A stretch of 64,000 nt of DNA from Octopus vulgaris (Eukaryota), in NCBI GenBank assembly GCA_951406725.2, contig OX597815.1:188914001-188978000 (forward strand), given 5' to 3'. The notes below the pieces were generated by a model, which was not told the origin of the DNA, ran no database searches, and saw only the letters and a program-made list of their open reading frames with translations. Positions 1-12,196 of the stretch are shown in pieces. The translations under genes and the position numbers were made by a program. Every line of letters begins with the position of its first letter. The first letter of the stretch is position 1.

Positions 1-310
1 TGATTCTGCTATTAACGGAGAATGGCTTGTTGCTAAATGATATCTCAACAAGGTTTCCGCCTAAGCAGAAACTGCCTTACACAACTGCTACAGCTTTATG
101 AGTGAATGTTGAAGCAGCTACTTAACCAGTCAAACATAATATCCTAAGTTGATCATGAGATAATGTACAACAGGCTGTATTATCTCGACGTAGTTGGGAA
201 ACTGGGAGAGTGGCAAGATAACAGGAGCAGCTTTATGCAGTAGCTCGACCTGTTAAGATTTAGCAACTGAACATCCCTCTAATCACGTCCTACTTAAAGA
301 AGGATATATT

Positions 311-1073
311 CTTTTCTACTCTAGGCACAAGGCCCGAAATTTTTGGGGAGGGGGCCAGTCGATCAGATCGACCCCAGTATACAACTGGCACTTAATTTAT
401 CGACCCCGAAGGATGAAAGGCTAAGCTGACTTTGGTGGAATTTGAACTCAGAATGTAAAGACAGACAAAATACTGTTAAGCATTTTGCCCAATGTGCTAA
501 CGTTTCTGCCAGCTCGCCTTAATGCATACATTTCATTGAAACCAAAGCTGGGAGTTTGTTTTATGACTTGACTTTCACACTATTGTGATCTTCATGTGAA
601 ACATCTTCTTCCCAATAGAGTTTAGTAAATATTCTATTCTACTCAAGGCACAAGACCTGAAACTTTTGGGGTAGGGGCCAGTCGATCAGATCGACCCCAG
701 TATGCAACTGGTACTTAATTTATCGACCCCGAAGGATGAAAGGCAAAGTTGACCTTGGTGGAATTTGAACTCAGAATGCAAAAATAGACGAAATACTGTT
801 AAGCATTTCGTCCGGCATGCTAACGTTTCTGCCAGCTTGCCACCTAAAATTTTCTTTTTTACTCTAGGCACCAGGCCTGAAACTTTTGGGGGTGAGGGTG
901 GGGGCAGTTGATTAGATCGATCCCCAGTATGCAACTGGTATTTAATTTATCGACCCTGAAAGGCTGAAAGGCAAAGTCGACCTCAGCAGAATTTGAACTC
1001 AGAACACAAAGACAGATGAAATATTACTAAGCATTTCACCCAGCGTGCTAACATTTCTGCCAGCTTGCCACCT
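311..1073 (-). mobile_element. Three copies of tRNA-head SINE family A (tail variant 2) at about 311-519, 633-844 and 850-1073
   Basis: Reverse complement of GGCGAGCTGGCAGAAACGTTAGC...GAGTTCAAATTCC (A/B-box-like) plus core GCCTTTCATCCTTTCGGGGTCGATAAATTAAGTACC; tail GGCCTTGTGCCTAGAGTAGAAAAG; GAAGGATATATT repeated at 299-310 and 1080-1091. Confidence 0.85.
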
Positions 1074-1100
1074 CTTATGGAAGGATATATTATACAATGA

Positions 1101-1410
1101 AGGTACATGACCTAGTGGTTAGGTGGTTAGGCATGTTGTGCTTGTGATCATGAGATTGTAGGTTTGATTCCTAGACCAGCTGTGCATTGTGTTCTTGAGC
1201 AAGACACTTCATTTCATGTTGCTCCAGTCCACTCACTTACAAACAGGTAACCCTGTGATGACGTGGCTTTCTGATCAGGAGAAATGTTGGTCTGCTCGCT
1301 TAGTTAGTGAGATGGCATCATTCGAAAGCTACAGAAATGCAAAGTGCATTGTGACTAGTGATGTATAACAAAATCCAATAGTCTGGTCGATCACATGGTC
1401 ACATGATATT
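1101..1410 (+). mobile_element. Degenerate tRNA-head SINE with CORE/V-like segment; second copy at about 25025-25745 is split by SINE A
   Basis: TGACCTAGTGGTTAG...GGTTTGATTCC followed by CTTGAGCAAGACACTT; similar to 25500-25745. Confidence 0.6.
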
Positions 1411-1544
1411 GTACAATAAATATGTGATAGGCATCGTTTGAAAGTCTATGATTACAGATTTGTCCAATCAGAGTTGACCTGGGGCTAAACAGTAATTGGA
1501 AGTGTGGTTGGATAGCTCAATAAATATTTAGAACAGCAGAACTA

Positions 1545-1810
1545 GAAGCCCGTCATATATATGTATATATATATATATATGTATATATGTTTGTGTGTAT
1601 GTGTTTTTGTGTGTCTGCGTTTGTCACCTCAACATCACTTGACAACTGATGCTGGTGTGTTTACGTCCCTGTAACTTAGCGGTTTGGCAAAAGAGACCAA
1701 GAGAATAAGTACTAGGCTTACAAAGAATAAGTCCCGGGGTTGATTTGCTCGACTAAAGGTGGTGCTCCAGCATGGCCACAGTCAAATGACTGAAACAAGT
1801 AAAAGAATAA
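1545..1810 (+). mobile_element. SINE family B, 3' half
   Basis: CTTGACAACTGATGCTGGTGTGTTTAC...GGTGCTCCAGCATGGCCACAGTCAAATGACTGAAACAAGTAAAAGAA, shared with the complete copy at 31903-32322. Confidence 0.8.
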
Positions 1811-2485
1811 GACTTATTTCAAAATCTGTTTTACGCTAAAAATCGAGAGGGAGAGAGAGAGAGAAATAAAGTGAGTGAGTGGGAAAGAAATAGATAGATA
1901 GAGAGTGAGGGGAGAGGGGGAGAGAGAGAGAGAGCCTGTAGGTGTCAGTAAATTTGGTTTCTATGAGACATGAAAAAGTTCCGACAAAAGATGAAGTAGT
2001 AAAGTAATGGCCTGCAGCAGTGGAAAGAAGTTAATAGGTAAGGATGGAAAGTAGATGAGGTTACTAAAGTGAATGAAAGATGGAGGAAGTGAAGTGGGGG
2101 TTGTGGGGGAAGGAGGTGGTCGGAGAGGGAGAGAGTGGGAGAAAGATGGAGTGTTTGATATTTGTATGATAAACTAATGAAATGTATAAAATTACAATAA
2201 AAATAAAATGGAAACAAAATCCTTTTTTTTTACCTTTCTTTAGTGGTTGCTTTTTTTTCTTTTTTTTTTACCTTTTCTTTTTGCTTTTAGATATCACAGA
2301 TGTGTAGAAAAATCGTTGAATCATATCACTCTACAATAATCAAGGAAAACAATTAGCAAAAAATAGATTTCCTCATTCTTTGATGAAAAGCCGATTCAAA
2401 TAATAAGGAAAAGGCATACACTTGGCCGTTTCTTTAATATATATATATATATGTGTGTGTATGTGTGTGTGTATGTAAGTGCGTG

Positions 2486-2587
<102 letters not shown>

Positions 2588-2748
2588 GTATGTATATATA
2601 AAATTTTATAATTATGAGTATAATTATAATTAGGGTTCAGCAAAAATTTGCTCCACCACATACTGAAATTTAGAAATAGCAGTGTTAAAAATAACTATTT
2701 CACTACCATAAGAAAATTTACCAGACAGCAAAATATATATATATATAC

Positions 2749-2806
<58 letters not shown>

Positions 2807-2983
2807 ATAAATATTAGGGAATAAATCCAAATTTACAGGGAAAAAAAATCAGATTTAGGATTAAATCCAATTTTATAGTAAAATATTATAAAATATTATT
2901 AGAGACAAAACCACTATTTTGCAAAACAAACAAGGAAAGACTTAATCAATACATAAAATTTTAATAAATAGTCAAAAAAACTG

Positions 2984-3026
2984 CCACTACAATCGTTTCT
3001 TGTCTTGATCGACAATCTTCAGGTGG
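2984..3026 (-). ncRNA. Type I hammerhead ribozyme motif (mirror copy)
   Basis: Exact reverse complement of 3078-3120. Confidence 0.75.
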
Positions 3027-3077
3027 ACTTCAATAAGTCAGTTTCAAATTCATAATTTGAAACTGACTTATTGAAGT

Positions 3078-3120
3078 CCACCTGAAGATTGTCGATCAAG
3101 ACAAGAAACGATTGTAGTGG
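3078..3120 (+). ncRNA. Type I hammerhead ribozyme motif
   Basis: CCAC-CUGAAGA-UUGUC(GAUCAA)GACAA-GAAA-C(GAUU)G-UA/GUGG: stem I CCAC/GUGG, complete core, 5-bp stem II, minimal stem III, GUA triplet. Confidence 0.75.
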
Positions 3121-3206
3121 CGTTTTTTTGACTATTTATTAAAATTTTATGTATTGATTAAGTCTTTCCTTGTTTGTTTTGCAAAATAGTGGTTTTGTCT
3201 CTAATA

Positions 3207-3282
<76 letters not shown>

Positions 3283-3436
3283 TATACATACATATATATA
3301 CATATACGTCATTAATTAAATATATTCAATGGGAATACAATATACTGAATTTCTAAATAAGTGCTCTTGGTGAGGAAATGTCTAAAACATTACAGGTATT
3401 TCGACGTTTAATAAGAGCATTTATATATTATGTTAT

Positions 3437-4372
3437 AAAATAAGACCAGGAAAATTACATCAAAAATGATCACAGAAGATATACGTCCAAAATAATATTG
3501 TATTAACAGAGGTATAGATATGTAAAGTATAATTATTTAAAAAGTTTAAAAGTTTAAACTATCTTATGATCGCTTCATGATGTATCACCCTTCAAAATGG
3601 AATCTAAAATTGATAATCATTATTAGGTAATAATAAATCTCTGAACGAGGTATAAACAGTAACTGCACGACAATGTGTGGTATATTTGCCATCTCAATAT
3701 GGCTAACCACTAAGGGTGGGTGTTACTGTAGCTTGTAGCCCCAGGAGAACATCTCCACCAGCTGGCTTTAGGCACACTTTCTGTGCCCTTAAGGTCTCCC
3801 TTTGCAAATACCTTAAGGGCACAGAAAGTGTGCCTAAAGCCAGCTGGAGGAGATGTTCTCCTGGGGCTACAAGCTACAGCAACACCCACCCTTAGTGGTT
3901 AGCCATATTGAGATGGCAAATATACCTCACATTATTAGGTAATACACCCACTTGTCAAAGAGAAAGAGGGAACTTCCATGTAGTGAATCGAATGCTATTT
4001 AAAAATATATGAAAAATATGTTGTTTAAAGATGTTGTTTAAAAAGTTACTGGCATGGATATACTTTGGTACAATCTTGTGTTAAAAATTCTTGAAGAAAT
4101 AATATACATCCGTAGTAAAATCCTCTGTGGTAATCCATAATGGCTGTGTGGAAATATAAATCCCATAATGCTGTTCTCTTCAATGTATGATCCATGAATG
4201 CAGAAAATAAAAATAGTTGAATTTTTGCCTTTTATAGATTATAAGATATTTTCAAATTTTAAACTTTTTAAGTAATCATACTTTATATATTTATACATCT
4301 ATTATACAATATTATTTTGGACGTATATCTTCTGTGATGATTTATTGATGTAATTTTCCTGCTCTTATTTTT
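3437..4372. repeat. Outer diverged inverted repeat (about 3437-3560 and 4254-4372), PLE-LTR-like
   Basis: GGAAAATTACATCAA...CACAGAAGATATACGTCCAAAATAATATTG matches the reverse complement at about 4305-4372. Confidence 0.7.
3633..3929. mobile_element. Foldback retroposed insert with 15-bp target-site duplication
   Basis: Arms about 3672-3795 and 3810-3933 with a 14-nt loop; CATTATTAGGTAATA at 3618-3632 and 3930-3944; arm sequence recurs at about 6605-6660. Confidence 0.75.
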
Positions 4373-4471
4373 TAATTATATATACATACATACATATATA
4401 TATATACATTGATAAAGACGGTAAGATAACAAAAGAAAGAAAGAGACATCGATATTATGTAAATAGAGGAA

Positions 4472-4683
4472 TTTATCTGTAAAAGTAATATGCAATAATT
4501 ATTCAGTAGCCATGATAAAACTCCGAGTTTTGGATGCCGAGGTGGCATCATCTCCACCATCTCTTCAGTTATCCGATGGCCAGATAACTGAAGAGATGGT
4601 GGCATGGATTTCCACCTTGGCATCCAAAACTCGGAGTTTTATCTTGGCTACCGAACAATTGTCACATATTACATTTACAGATA
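4472..4683. repeat. Palindromic PLE-LTR-like unit with degenerate hammerhead
   Basis: Arms of ~95-110 bp centred near 4590; GAUAA-CUGAAGA...CAAAA(GAAA decayed)-CUCGGA-GUU/UUAUC. Confidence 0.65.
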
Positions 4684-5121
4684 TATATATATATATATAT
4701 ATATAGATAAATAGATAGATATATGCATATAAGAAGGGATGATCACCAAGTGGACATCCAATATGATAGAAATACTAGAAATAGATCACCTATGATCTAA
4801 CCACAAAAAAAAGAATGTTTTCTAGAAAAATTCAGCAAACACCAGAACATAAGCAGGTAAGATAAATGAAAATATACAAAATAAGGAATTAATCATACAC
4901 TGGTTTCGCCGGTTTCCCTCTAGATCCAGGAATTGAACCAACAATCTAACTCGCACGAATCCAGCACCCTAACCAGTAGACCATGTGCTTCCATGAGATA
5001 CTTTGTGTGCAAAACAAAATATAAATTAATTTTTAAAAAATGACAAGGTGGTCATTGCTGGAAAGCTTTTGATCATAATAGCACTACTAGCCCAGAATTG
5101 ATTTGGGCTAAACAATAACAA

Positions 5122-5325
5122 TGTGGAGGCACAATGGCCCAGCGGTTAGAGCAGCAGACTTGCGGTCGGAGGATTGCAGTTTTGATTCCCAGACCGGGCG
5201 TTGTGTGTATTTATTGAGCGAAAAGCATCTAAAGCTCCATGAGGCACCAGCAGGGGGTAGTGGCAACCCCTGTTGTATTCTTTTGCCCCAATTTTCTCTC
5301 ACTCTTTCTTCCTGTTTCTTGAGTA
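5122..5325 (+). mobile_element. SINE family C (tRNA-Arg-like head, reminiscent of octopus OR SINEs), 3'-truncated
   Basis: GGAGGCACAATGGCCCAGCGGTTAG...TTGATTCCCAGACC; same family as 11319, 33165, 43321 and 62375. Confidence 0.8.
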
Positions 5326-5813
5326 ATGCTGCAATGGACTTGGCTAGGCTTGAAAAAGGTGCATAAATAAATAAAAATAACAATAAGAGAATGGTAATAG
5401 TAAGTTTTGAACACTTCACCAAGTAGTTAGTAATTTATTTTCCTGAAACTCACAGCTTTTATGCACTCTGCCATGCTTAAAAAATATCGTCTTTGAAATT
5501 TGAAATTGATTTTCTATTTGAAGTGATTAAATACCAATAAAGCTAATACTTGTATTTATCAAAGCAAATCAAAAATGATGACTATCTGAAATGGACTGAT
5601 GAATAGAATTTTTAATCATATGAACATAATTTTCTTTTTACGTTTACTTAACTTTTGCAAAACTGACAGCTAATTAATCTTTCACGAGTGTTGTTTTATA
5701 TTGATATTTAAATATTTTTCTTGATTTCTAAACTCTTCCCCATCCCCAGTGAAACACAAACCATAAAAACACATTTCTATGTTGAGAAATCTCACAATGT
5801 ACCTTTGATGAAT

Positions 5814-6350
5814 GGCAGGTGTGGCTGTGTGGTAAGAAGCTTGCTCACCAGCCACATGGTTCCAGGTTCAGTACTACTGCATGGTACCTTAAGCAAGTGT
5901 CTTCTACTATAGCCTTCTGGCCAACCAAAGCCTTGTGAGTGGATTTGATAGACTGCAAATGAATGAAGCCAGTCATATATATATTCTTTTATTTGTTTCA
6001 GTCGTTTGACTGTGGCCATGCTGGAGCACCACCTTTAATTGAACAAATTGACCCGAGAACTTATTCTTTGTAAGCCTGGTACTTATTCTATCAGTCACTT
6101 TTTGCCTAACAACTAAGTTGCAGGAACGTAAACACACCAACATCGGTTGTTAAGTGATGGTGGAGGTACAAACAGACACACACACTCACACACACATACA
6201 ACAGGCTTCTTCCAGTTTCCATCTACCAAATCCACTCACAAGGCTTTCGTTGGTCTGAGGCTACAGTAGAAAACACCTGACCAAGGTGCCATACAGTGGG
6301 ACTGAACTCAGAACCATGTGGTTGGTAAGCAAGCTTCTTACCACACACTT
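5814..6350. mobile_element. Inverted SINE B pair (+ 5' half 5814-5975; - full copy 5980-6350)
   Basis: GTGGCTGTGTGGTAAGAAGCTTGC...AAGTGTCTTCTACTATAGCC and its reverse complement at about 6200-6347. Confidence 0.8.
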
Positions 6351-6556
6351 TTATAAGTATATTTATAAAACCATAATAAGAGCAAAAAGCAAGTCTTACA
6401 ACAGGCCAAGCCACATGCTAAAAGAAGAGGTCAAATGCTGCAATATACTTATAAAATTATATATTATATTAATTTTTTAACTTATTTGGGTATTACATGC
6501 TGACTACCTGATAAAATCTATTATAGATTTTATCCTTAATTTTAATAAATATTTGT

Positions 6557-6603
<47 letters not shown>

Positions 6604-6925
6604 CATATATTTGCCATTTAAATATGGCTAACTCCTAAGGGTGGATGCTACTGTAGTTTGTATATATATATACACATCGGTGTATTACCTGTATCAATCG
6701 GTGTGTATTCAAGGCAATGATTAGTAATTTTACAAAACAATTCACAACAATGACTGTTATTATTTTTATTTCTACCTCAGTTCATCTAATTGTATATATC
6801 TATTGTTACTTTTCATAAAAAGCCTTTATTTTTTGATTTCCAATGTGCATTTTCACTTATTTTTCTTCTTACTTTCCCCTTACATTTCCACGTGTAGTTT
6901 CTATCTTCTTTTTGTAACATATTTC

Positions 6926-6985
<60 letters not shown>

Positions 6986-6987
6986 GC

Positions 6988-7041
<54 letters not shown>

Positions 7042-7047
7042 ATATGC

Positions 7048-7099
<52 letters not shown>

Positions 7100-7109
7100 T
7101 ATATTAAAT

Positions 7110-8750
7110 TAGAGATAAAACCACTATTAGGCAAATCAAACAATGAAAAACATAAGCCAATACATAAAATTAATTTAATTTATATTATTTTAAATATATA
7201 TCAAAAGTATTAAAAGTTTAATAAAAGATAAAGAGTAAAACACTACGATTGTTTCATGGCTGTACAATTCGAATAACAATCATTTAAATTCAATTAATAA
7301 TTCGAGTTATGGTTACAGTCAATCTTCAGGTTAATTGAAATATCTAAAAAATAATCAGAAATATTTAAACGATATTTTAAAGATATAAATAATATAATAA
7401 TTTTACTTATAATAAACTCTATTATCAAACTAGAAACATAAAACTTAACAATTATGATTATATCAAAATCGACTATAATGTTAAATATTAATTTTAATTT
7501 ATAAGGTAGGAAACCCACCAATAATCTAATATCGGTATTAATCTATACCTAATTACATAAATATTTAAAATGTCTATTATATATAAATTATCAATGAAAA
7601 TATATAAATGTATATAAATATTATAATTAAGATCTAAAATAATCTCTATAAATAAATATATATGCACATATAATAAAAACCTAATAAATTAACTTTTCAT
7701 ATTTAAAGATGAAATAGCTAATTTCAAAATACAAATAAACAAACTTAAACGAACTTTCGGAAATCTTATGTAAAATACTTATAGAAATAATCAATTCGTA
7801 GTAATATAGTATTGAATGAATACTATAAATACTATAAATATAATTATCAATGGGAATAACTAGCGAATATCAATTTTAAAAAACAATAACTAAGTTATGC
7901 TATTAAATTAGACATGGACCAATCTTTAGTCGAAACATATCTAAGTTTATCAAAGTTTATCTAATTTAATTATAAGAAATTTAAAAATACAATTAATACT
8001 ATTAAAAGATGTATATACAAAAGCCTAACTTTATACACCTCGTATACTTGCTATCAAACAACAAATCAATCGCTAAGTAGTATCTTACGAATAAACTTAA
8101 ATTTAATATCTAATAATATAGAAAATTACGATAATTAGATCATTACATAAACAACGATATTTACATAAGGAAAATATTATTACACCAAAGACTTATACAA
8201 TATTAAAATTTACAATTTGAAGATCTTAAAAATAAATAAATACTTATCTTAGCGAGGTTTAGCAATCAACTAATATTTTGAATCGGAAAACGTCTTTACA
8301 GAGTTTATAAGAATACTCGTGGAATTACGTTATTAGCAAAAAAAGAATAAATTGTTGAAGAATTCATTAAGCGTGAGGAACATACGCTTTATCAATGAGA
8401 TTGTGAATGGGAATATTAATGGTTTATCAGTGTAAATAGAATGAAGTCACAAATAAAGAATAAGATCTCTCTATACTATAATATTTATTAATAAAATAAC
8501 TATGATAAATAATACTTAATACAAAATAAATTAAATAATCTAAATGATTAAAAACCACTAATTATAAAATATATTCTAAAAATCTTATATGATTAATAAA
8601 TATATAAAAAAATTTTTTTTATATAGTAACCCCTCATCATACTATAAAGTCTTTCCCCATGCTCTTATAATTATAAGCTAAAATTAGTGATCATAACCAA
8701 ATCTATAAAATACTTATCAAAATTTGCAGTATAACTATACATACGTATAC
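7110..8750 (-). mobile_element. Highly decayed PLE-like relic (LTR-like end 7110-7335 plus very AT-rich body)
   Basis: 7110-7170 resembles 2900-2960; minus-strand CUGAAGA...GAAAC-AAUC-GUA motif at about 7240-7335; weak YIG...E..FK-like trace near 7750-7775. Confidence 0.5.
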
Positions 8751-8781
8751 ATAAATATATAAAAAAATATACATACATATA

Positions 8782-8842
<61 letters not shown>

Positions 8843-8849
8843 GTATATT

Positions 8850-9065
8850 GTTATTTGTGTCTGTTTTTGCACCCTCGTCATTGCTTGACAACCGATCTTG
8901 GTGTTTACATCCTCTGTCACTTAGCAGTTCGGCAAAAAGAGAACCGATAGAAAAAGTACTAGGCTTACAAAGAATATGTCCCGGGGCCAATTTGTTTGAC
9001 AAAAAGACGGTGCTCCAGCATGGCTGCAGCAAAATGACTGAAACAAATAAGAAGAAAGAAAAAAG
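8850..9065 (+). mobile_element. SINE B, 3' half
   Basis: Matches family B tail. Confidence 0.75.
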
Positions 9066-9246
9066 GGACTACCAGCCATTTCACCAATGCAATCATGTGA
9101 TGTGACTAATGAAGGGACAGGAAGGAATATGTTTATGGTACTTCGTTATCATTCAAATTGAATATAGGGTTTGTGAGATAAATAAATGGTAATTAACTGA
9201 GCCGCAATGAGCTTCGTGACTTTGTACCAAGTGAAACACAAATTTT

Positions 9247-9293
9247 GTGCATGCATGTGTGTGTGTGTGTGTTTTTTTGTTCATGTGTATGTA

Positions 9294-9324
<31 letters not shown>

Positions 9325-9650
9325 ATGTGTGTGTTTATGTATGTGTGTTTCTTTGTGTTGCTGGGTGTGTGTATTTGCATGTGTATGTGTTTTGCATATG
9401 TGTGTGTTTGTGTGTGTGTGTCTGCATGTGTACGTCTGTGTGTGTGTGTTTGTGTGTGTGTGTATCTTTGAGTGTGTTCGCATATGTGTGTGTTTTTGTG
9501 TATGAGTGTTTGTGTGTGTATGTGTGTGTGTGTGTGCGTGTGTGCATGTGTGCATGTGTGTGTGCTTGAGTGTGAATGTTTGCATGTGTATGTCTGTGTA
9601 TGTGTGTGTGTGCGTGTGTGTGCGTGTGCATGTGTGCATGTGTGTGTTGC
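9247..9650. repeat. Degenerate (TG)n microsatellite
   Basis: ~400 bp of interrupted TG repeats. Confidence 0.95.
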
Positions 9651-9945
9651 CATGCCTTAGGCTCTTAATTCCTGATGAAGTCATAGGGGGCACAGTCATA
9701 TACATGATGTCTTTGATATTTTGAGACTGGACAAAGCCCACCATTCTCTTGGTCTGAACACAGTTGATTTCTTCCAGAAAGAAAGAAAATGAGAATTGAT
9801 GACTGTACAGGTGTGTTAATTTATGTCAACCCCAAAAGGCTGAAAGGCAAATTTAACCTTCATGATATCTGATATCAGACTGCAGAGAGCTGTATTGAAT
9901 AAATCAAGTCTATATAACCATTGCTCACATGATTTGGGTAAGTTA

Positions 9946-10512
9946 TTGGGTTATCCAGAAAGTTTGTGCTGATTTTTAAAGGAAAGAAAAAGGTCAATAA
10001 ATACTTGCCATTACATTTTTAATCAACCAAATATGAAACACTTTGTTGCACAATGCATCTCCATCTTTCCTTTAACTTGAAAATACCCTCTTCTCAGAAT
10101 TGAGGTGGTTTCATGACAAAGAATTCATCAAGGTATCTTTTTTACGTCAACCAAGGAACTGAAATTTTTACCATTAAGACTATTCTGCAAAGACCTGAAA
10201 AAGCGGAAATCCGAAGGAGCAATATCTGGTGAATATGGAGGGTGGGGTAACACATCCCAGCCGAGCTGCAGCAATTTTTTTCTGGTTCCCAAAGCATCAA
10301 GTGCCGAAAATGAACTTTCTTAACATCCATTTTAAAGGGTTACAGAATTAACACAGATTATAGGAACATAAACCTTCTTCCATGAAAAGATAGCTTAAAC
10401 TGTGCTCTAAATGGAGGTGTAGTCAAATCCTATTTTATGGACTCAACCATGTTCTAAAATAAGTTGAAAGGTAAGCTACTATAAATCGGTACAAACTTTC
10501 CAGATTACCCAA
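9946..10512 (-). mobile_element. Internally deleted mariner with both TIRs and TA TSD
   Basis: TA-TTGGGTTATCCAGAAAGTTTGTGCTGATTT ... AAATCGGTACAAACTTTCCAGATTACCCAA-TA; minus strand reads MDVKKVHFRHLML then, frameshifted, LLQLGWDVLPHPPYSPDIAPSDF. Confidence 0.92.
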
Positions 10513-10626
10513 TACTTACCAATCTACCAACCCAGCTATCATCATTTTCCAACACAATTTTCACTATAAAAATTAATGCCCATTTATGTCCCCATGGCCA
10601 ATAAAAGAAATTATTATTATTATTAC

Positions 10627-10665
<39 letters not shown>

Positions 10666-11318
10666 TATTATCATTATTATTATTCATGCTTTCAACCATG
10701 TATTCATTGGTACAGTTATTTATTTACTTTTTTTTGTATAATTGACCCTTTTTCTTCCCTTCATCCCACAGGCTTTCATTTCCCTCATATTTCCTCTGCC
10801 CTCACACCCACAAAATGGATTCTTTTCTTCACTTTCCTTTCTCTTTTTCACACTCTCTTTCTCTCTCTCACCCTGACTCTTCCTTTTCCCACTCTACAGA
10901 TATTTTACCACTTTTGGCCACATCCTCTCCTCATCTAGTGAGCAACATAAATGGTCCTGATCATGTAAAAAGGATAATTTCATCAATTTGTTCATATTCT
11001 GATATGTCTTAACTGAGGACAATTTTGTGATGAAATTCCCATTTTTATCTATTGCACATTTATGTGAAACATAAATATCAAATGCTTTCAAAATAGCATA
11101 ACTTGGTTTGGGACCTCACAGAGGCAATGACAAAAGACCGAGACCTCTGGAGGTATGCTGTGACTGAGAAGACCTGGCAAATAAAGTGAGTCCACAGCTG
11201 TAACCGACACCAGTGTTGCATAACCAGCCTACTCAAAAGTACCTTGGATCGTAGGGTGATATGCTGTGATTGAGGAAACCTATTGAGTCAAGCACACCAA
11301 CATCAACATCAACAGCAA

Positions 11319-11660
11319 GTGGAGGCACAATGGCCCAGTGGTTAGGGCAGCGGACTCACAGTCAGAGGATCATGGTTTTGATTCCCAGACCGGGCGTTGT
11401 GTGTGTTTATTGAGCGAAAACACCTAAAGGTCCATGAGGCTCTGGCAGAGGGCGGTGGCGACTCCTGTTGTACTCTTTTGCTCCAACTTTCTCTCACTCT
11501 TTCTTCCTGTTTCTTGTTCTCGACTTGCTACGCAACCGTTGAGCCTGGATGTGCATTCATCCGTCTGTCGATGCTCTCAGTGTCGGGGGTTAACCTGCTT
11601 TCTTTTCTGTGGGTCTTACAAATAGCAAATGACCACGTTTTGGACTTCTCCCACTACTGA
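11319..11660 (+). mobile_element. SINE family C
   Basis: TGGCCCAGTGG (A box) ... TTTGATTCCC (B box) and family C body. Confidence 0.8.
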
Positions 11661-11786
11661 GATGAAGACTGCTTCGCTCAACAAACAAACAAACAAACAA
11701 ACAGCAATATCAAAATCAAATCAAAAGGAAATTGTAGCTGTGAACCCCGTGCTGGTAGCACGTAAAAAGCACCATCTGAACGTGGA

Positions 11787-12002
11787 GTGGGGTGCTGAAA
11801 CGTTCTTGGCTGAAAGGGTACTGCAAAAGGCCTGGTTGGGGGCCTAACCTTTCGAGTTTTTTTTACAGCACTTAGAAAAATTAAAAGACTGCTGCAATAA
11901 GTGTGTGAATCCAAGAGGGGAATATGTTGAATATAATCATACGTAACTGATTCTTCTGTATTTTCTTTTTACCCAGAGTCAGAAACTTTTTAGCACCCCT
12001 CA
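11787..12002 (+). mobile_element. Short mariner-derived MITE
   Basis: TIR-like GGGGTGCTGAAACGTTCTTGGCT / AGTCAGAAACTTTTTAGCACCCCTCA-TA; retains transposase C-terminal KCVNPRGEYVE codons. Confidence 0.75.
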
Positions 12003-12148
12003 TACGTGAATGTGTGAAAGTTTCTTGGATAGCCATATATTGAAGAGAGGATTAAAAATTTGAATATTTGGTTTTATATAAAAAATTTTTTCATAATGAG
12101 ATAAAAAAACCAAGGCTGAGTATATTTTAGAACATTTATATATAGAAG

Positions 12149-12196
12149 GTCTTACAGCTGTTTCCAGGATAATGATTACATCCCTTCATCAGAGAC
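12149..12196 (-). ncRNA. Minimal type I hammerhead motif in PLE-LTR-like remnant (about 12100-12650)
   Basis: GUCU-CUGAUGA-A-GGGAU(9)AUCCU-G-GAAAC-AGCU-GUA/AGAC; palindromic ACAGCUGU stem III typical of dimeric PLE hammerheads. Confidence 0.65.

Larger units (their letters stand above)
2887..3216. mobile_element. Inverted pair of PLE-LTR-like units (arms ~164 bp, 3-nt loop CAT at 3051-3053)
   Basis: Arms 2887-3050 and 3054-3216 are near-perfect reverse complements and lie between (TA)n tracts; related sequence at 7110-7335. Confidence 0.85.

Noticed and set aside
2291-2430. Exon after strong polypyrimidine acceptor
   Set aside because: All frames stop within ~25 codons and no donor seen; could only be a terminal or non-coding exon
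3362-3419. Additional hammerhead-like shape (UGCUCU...AGAGCA)
   Set aside because: Both core boxes are degenerate; too weak to call
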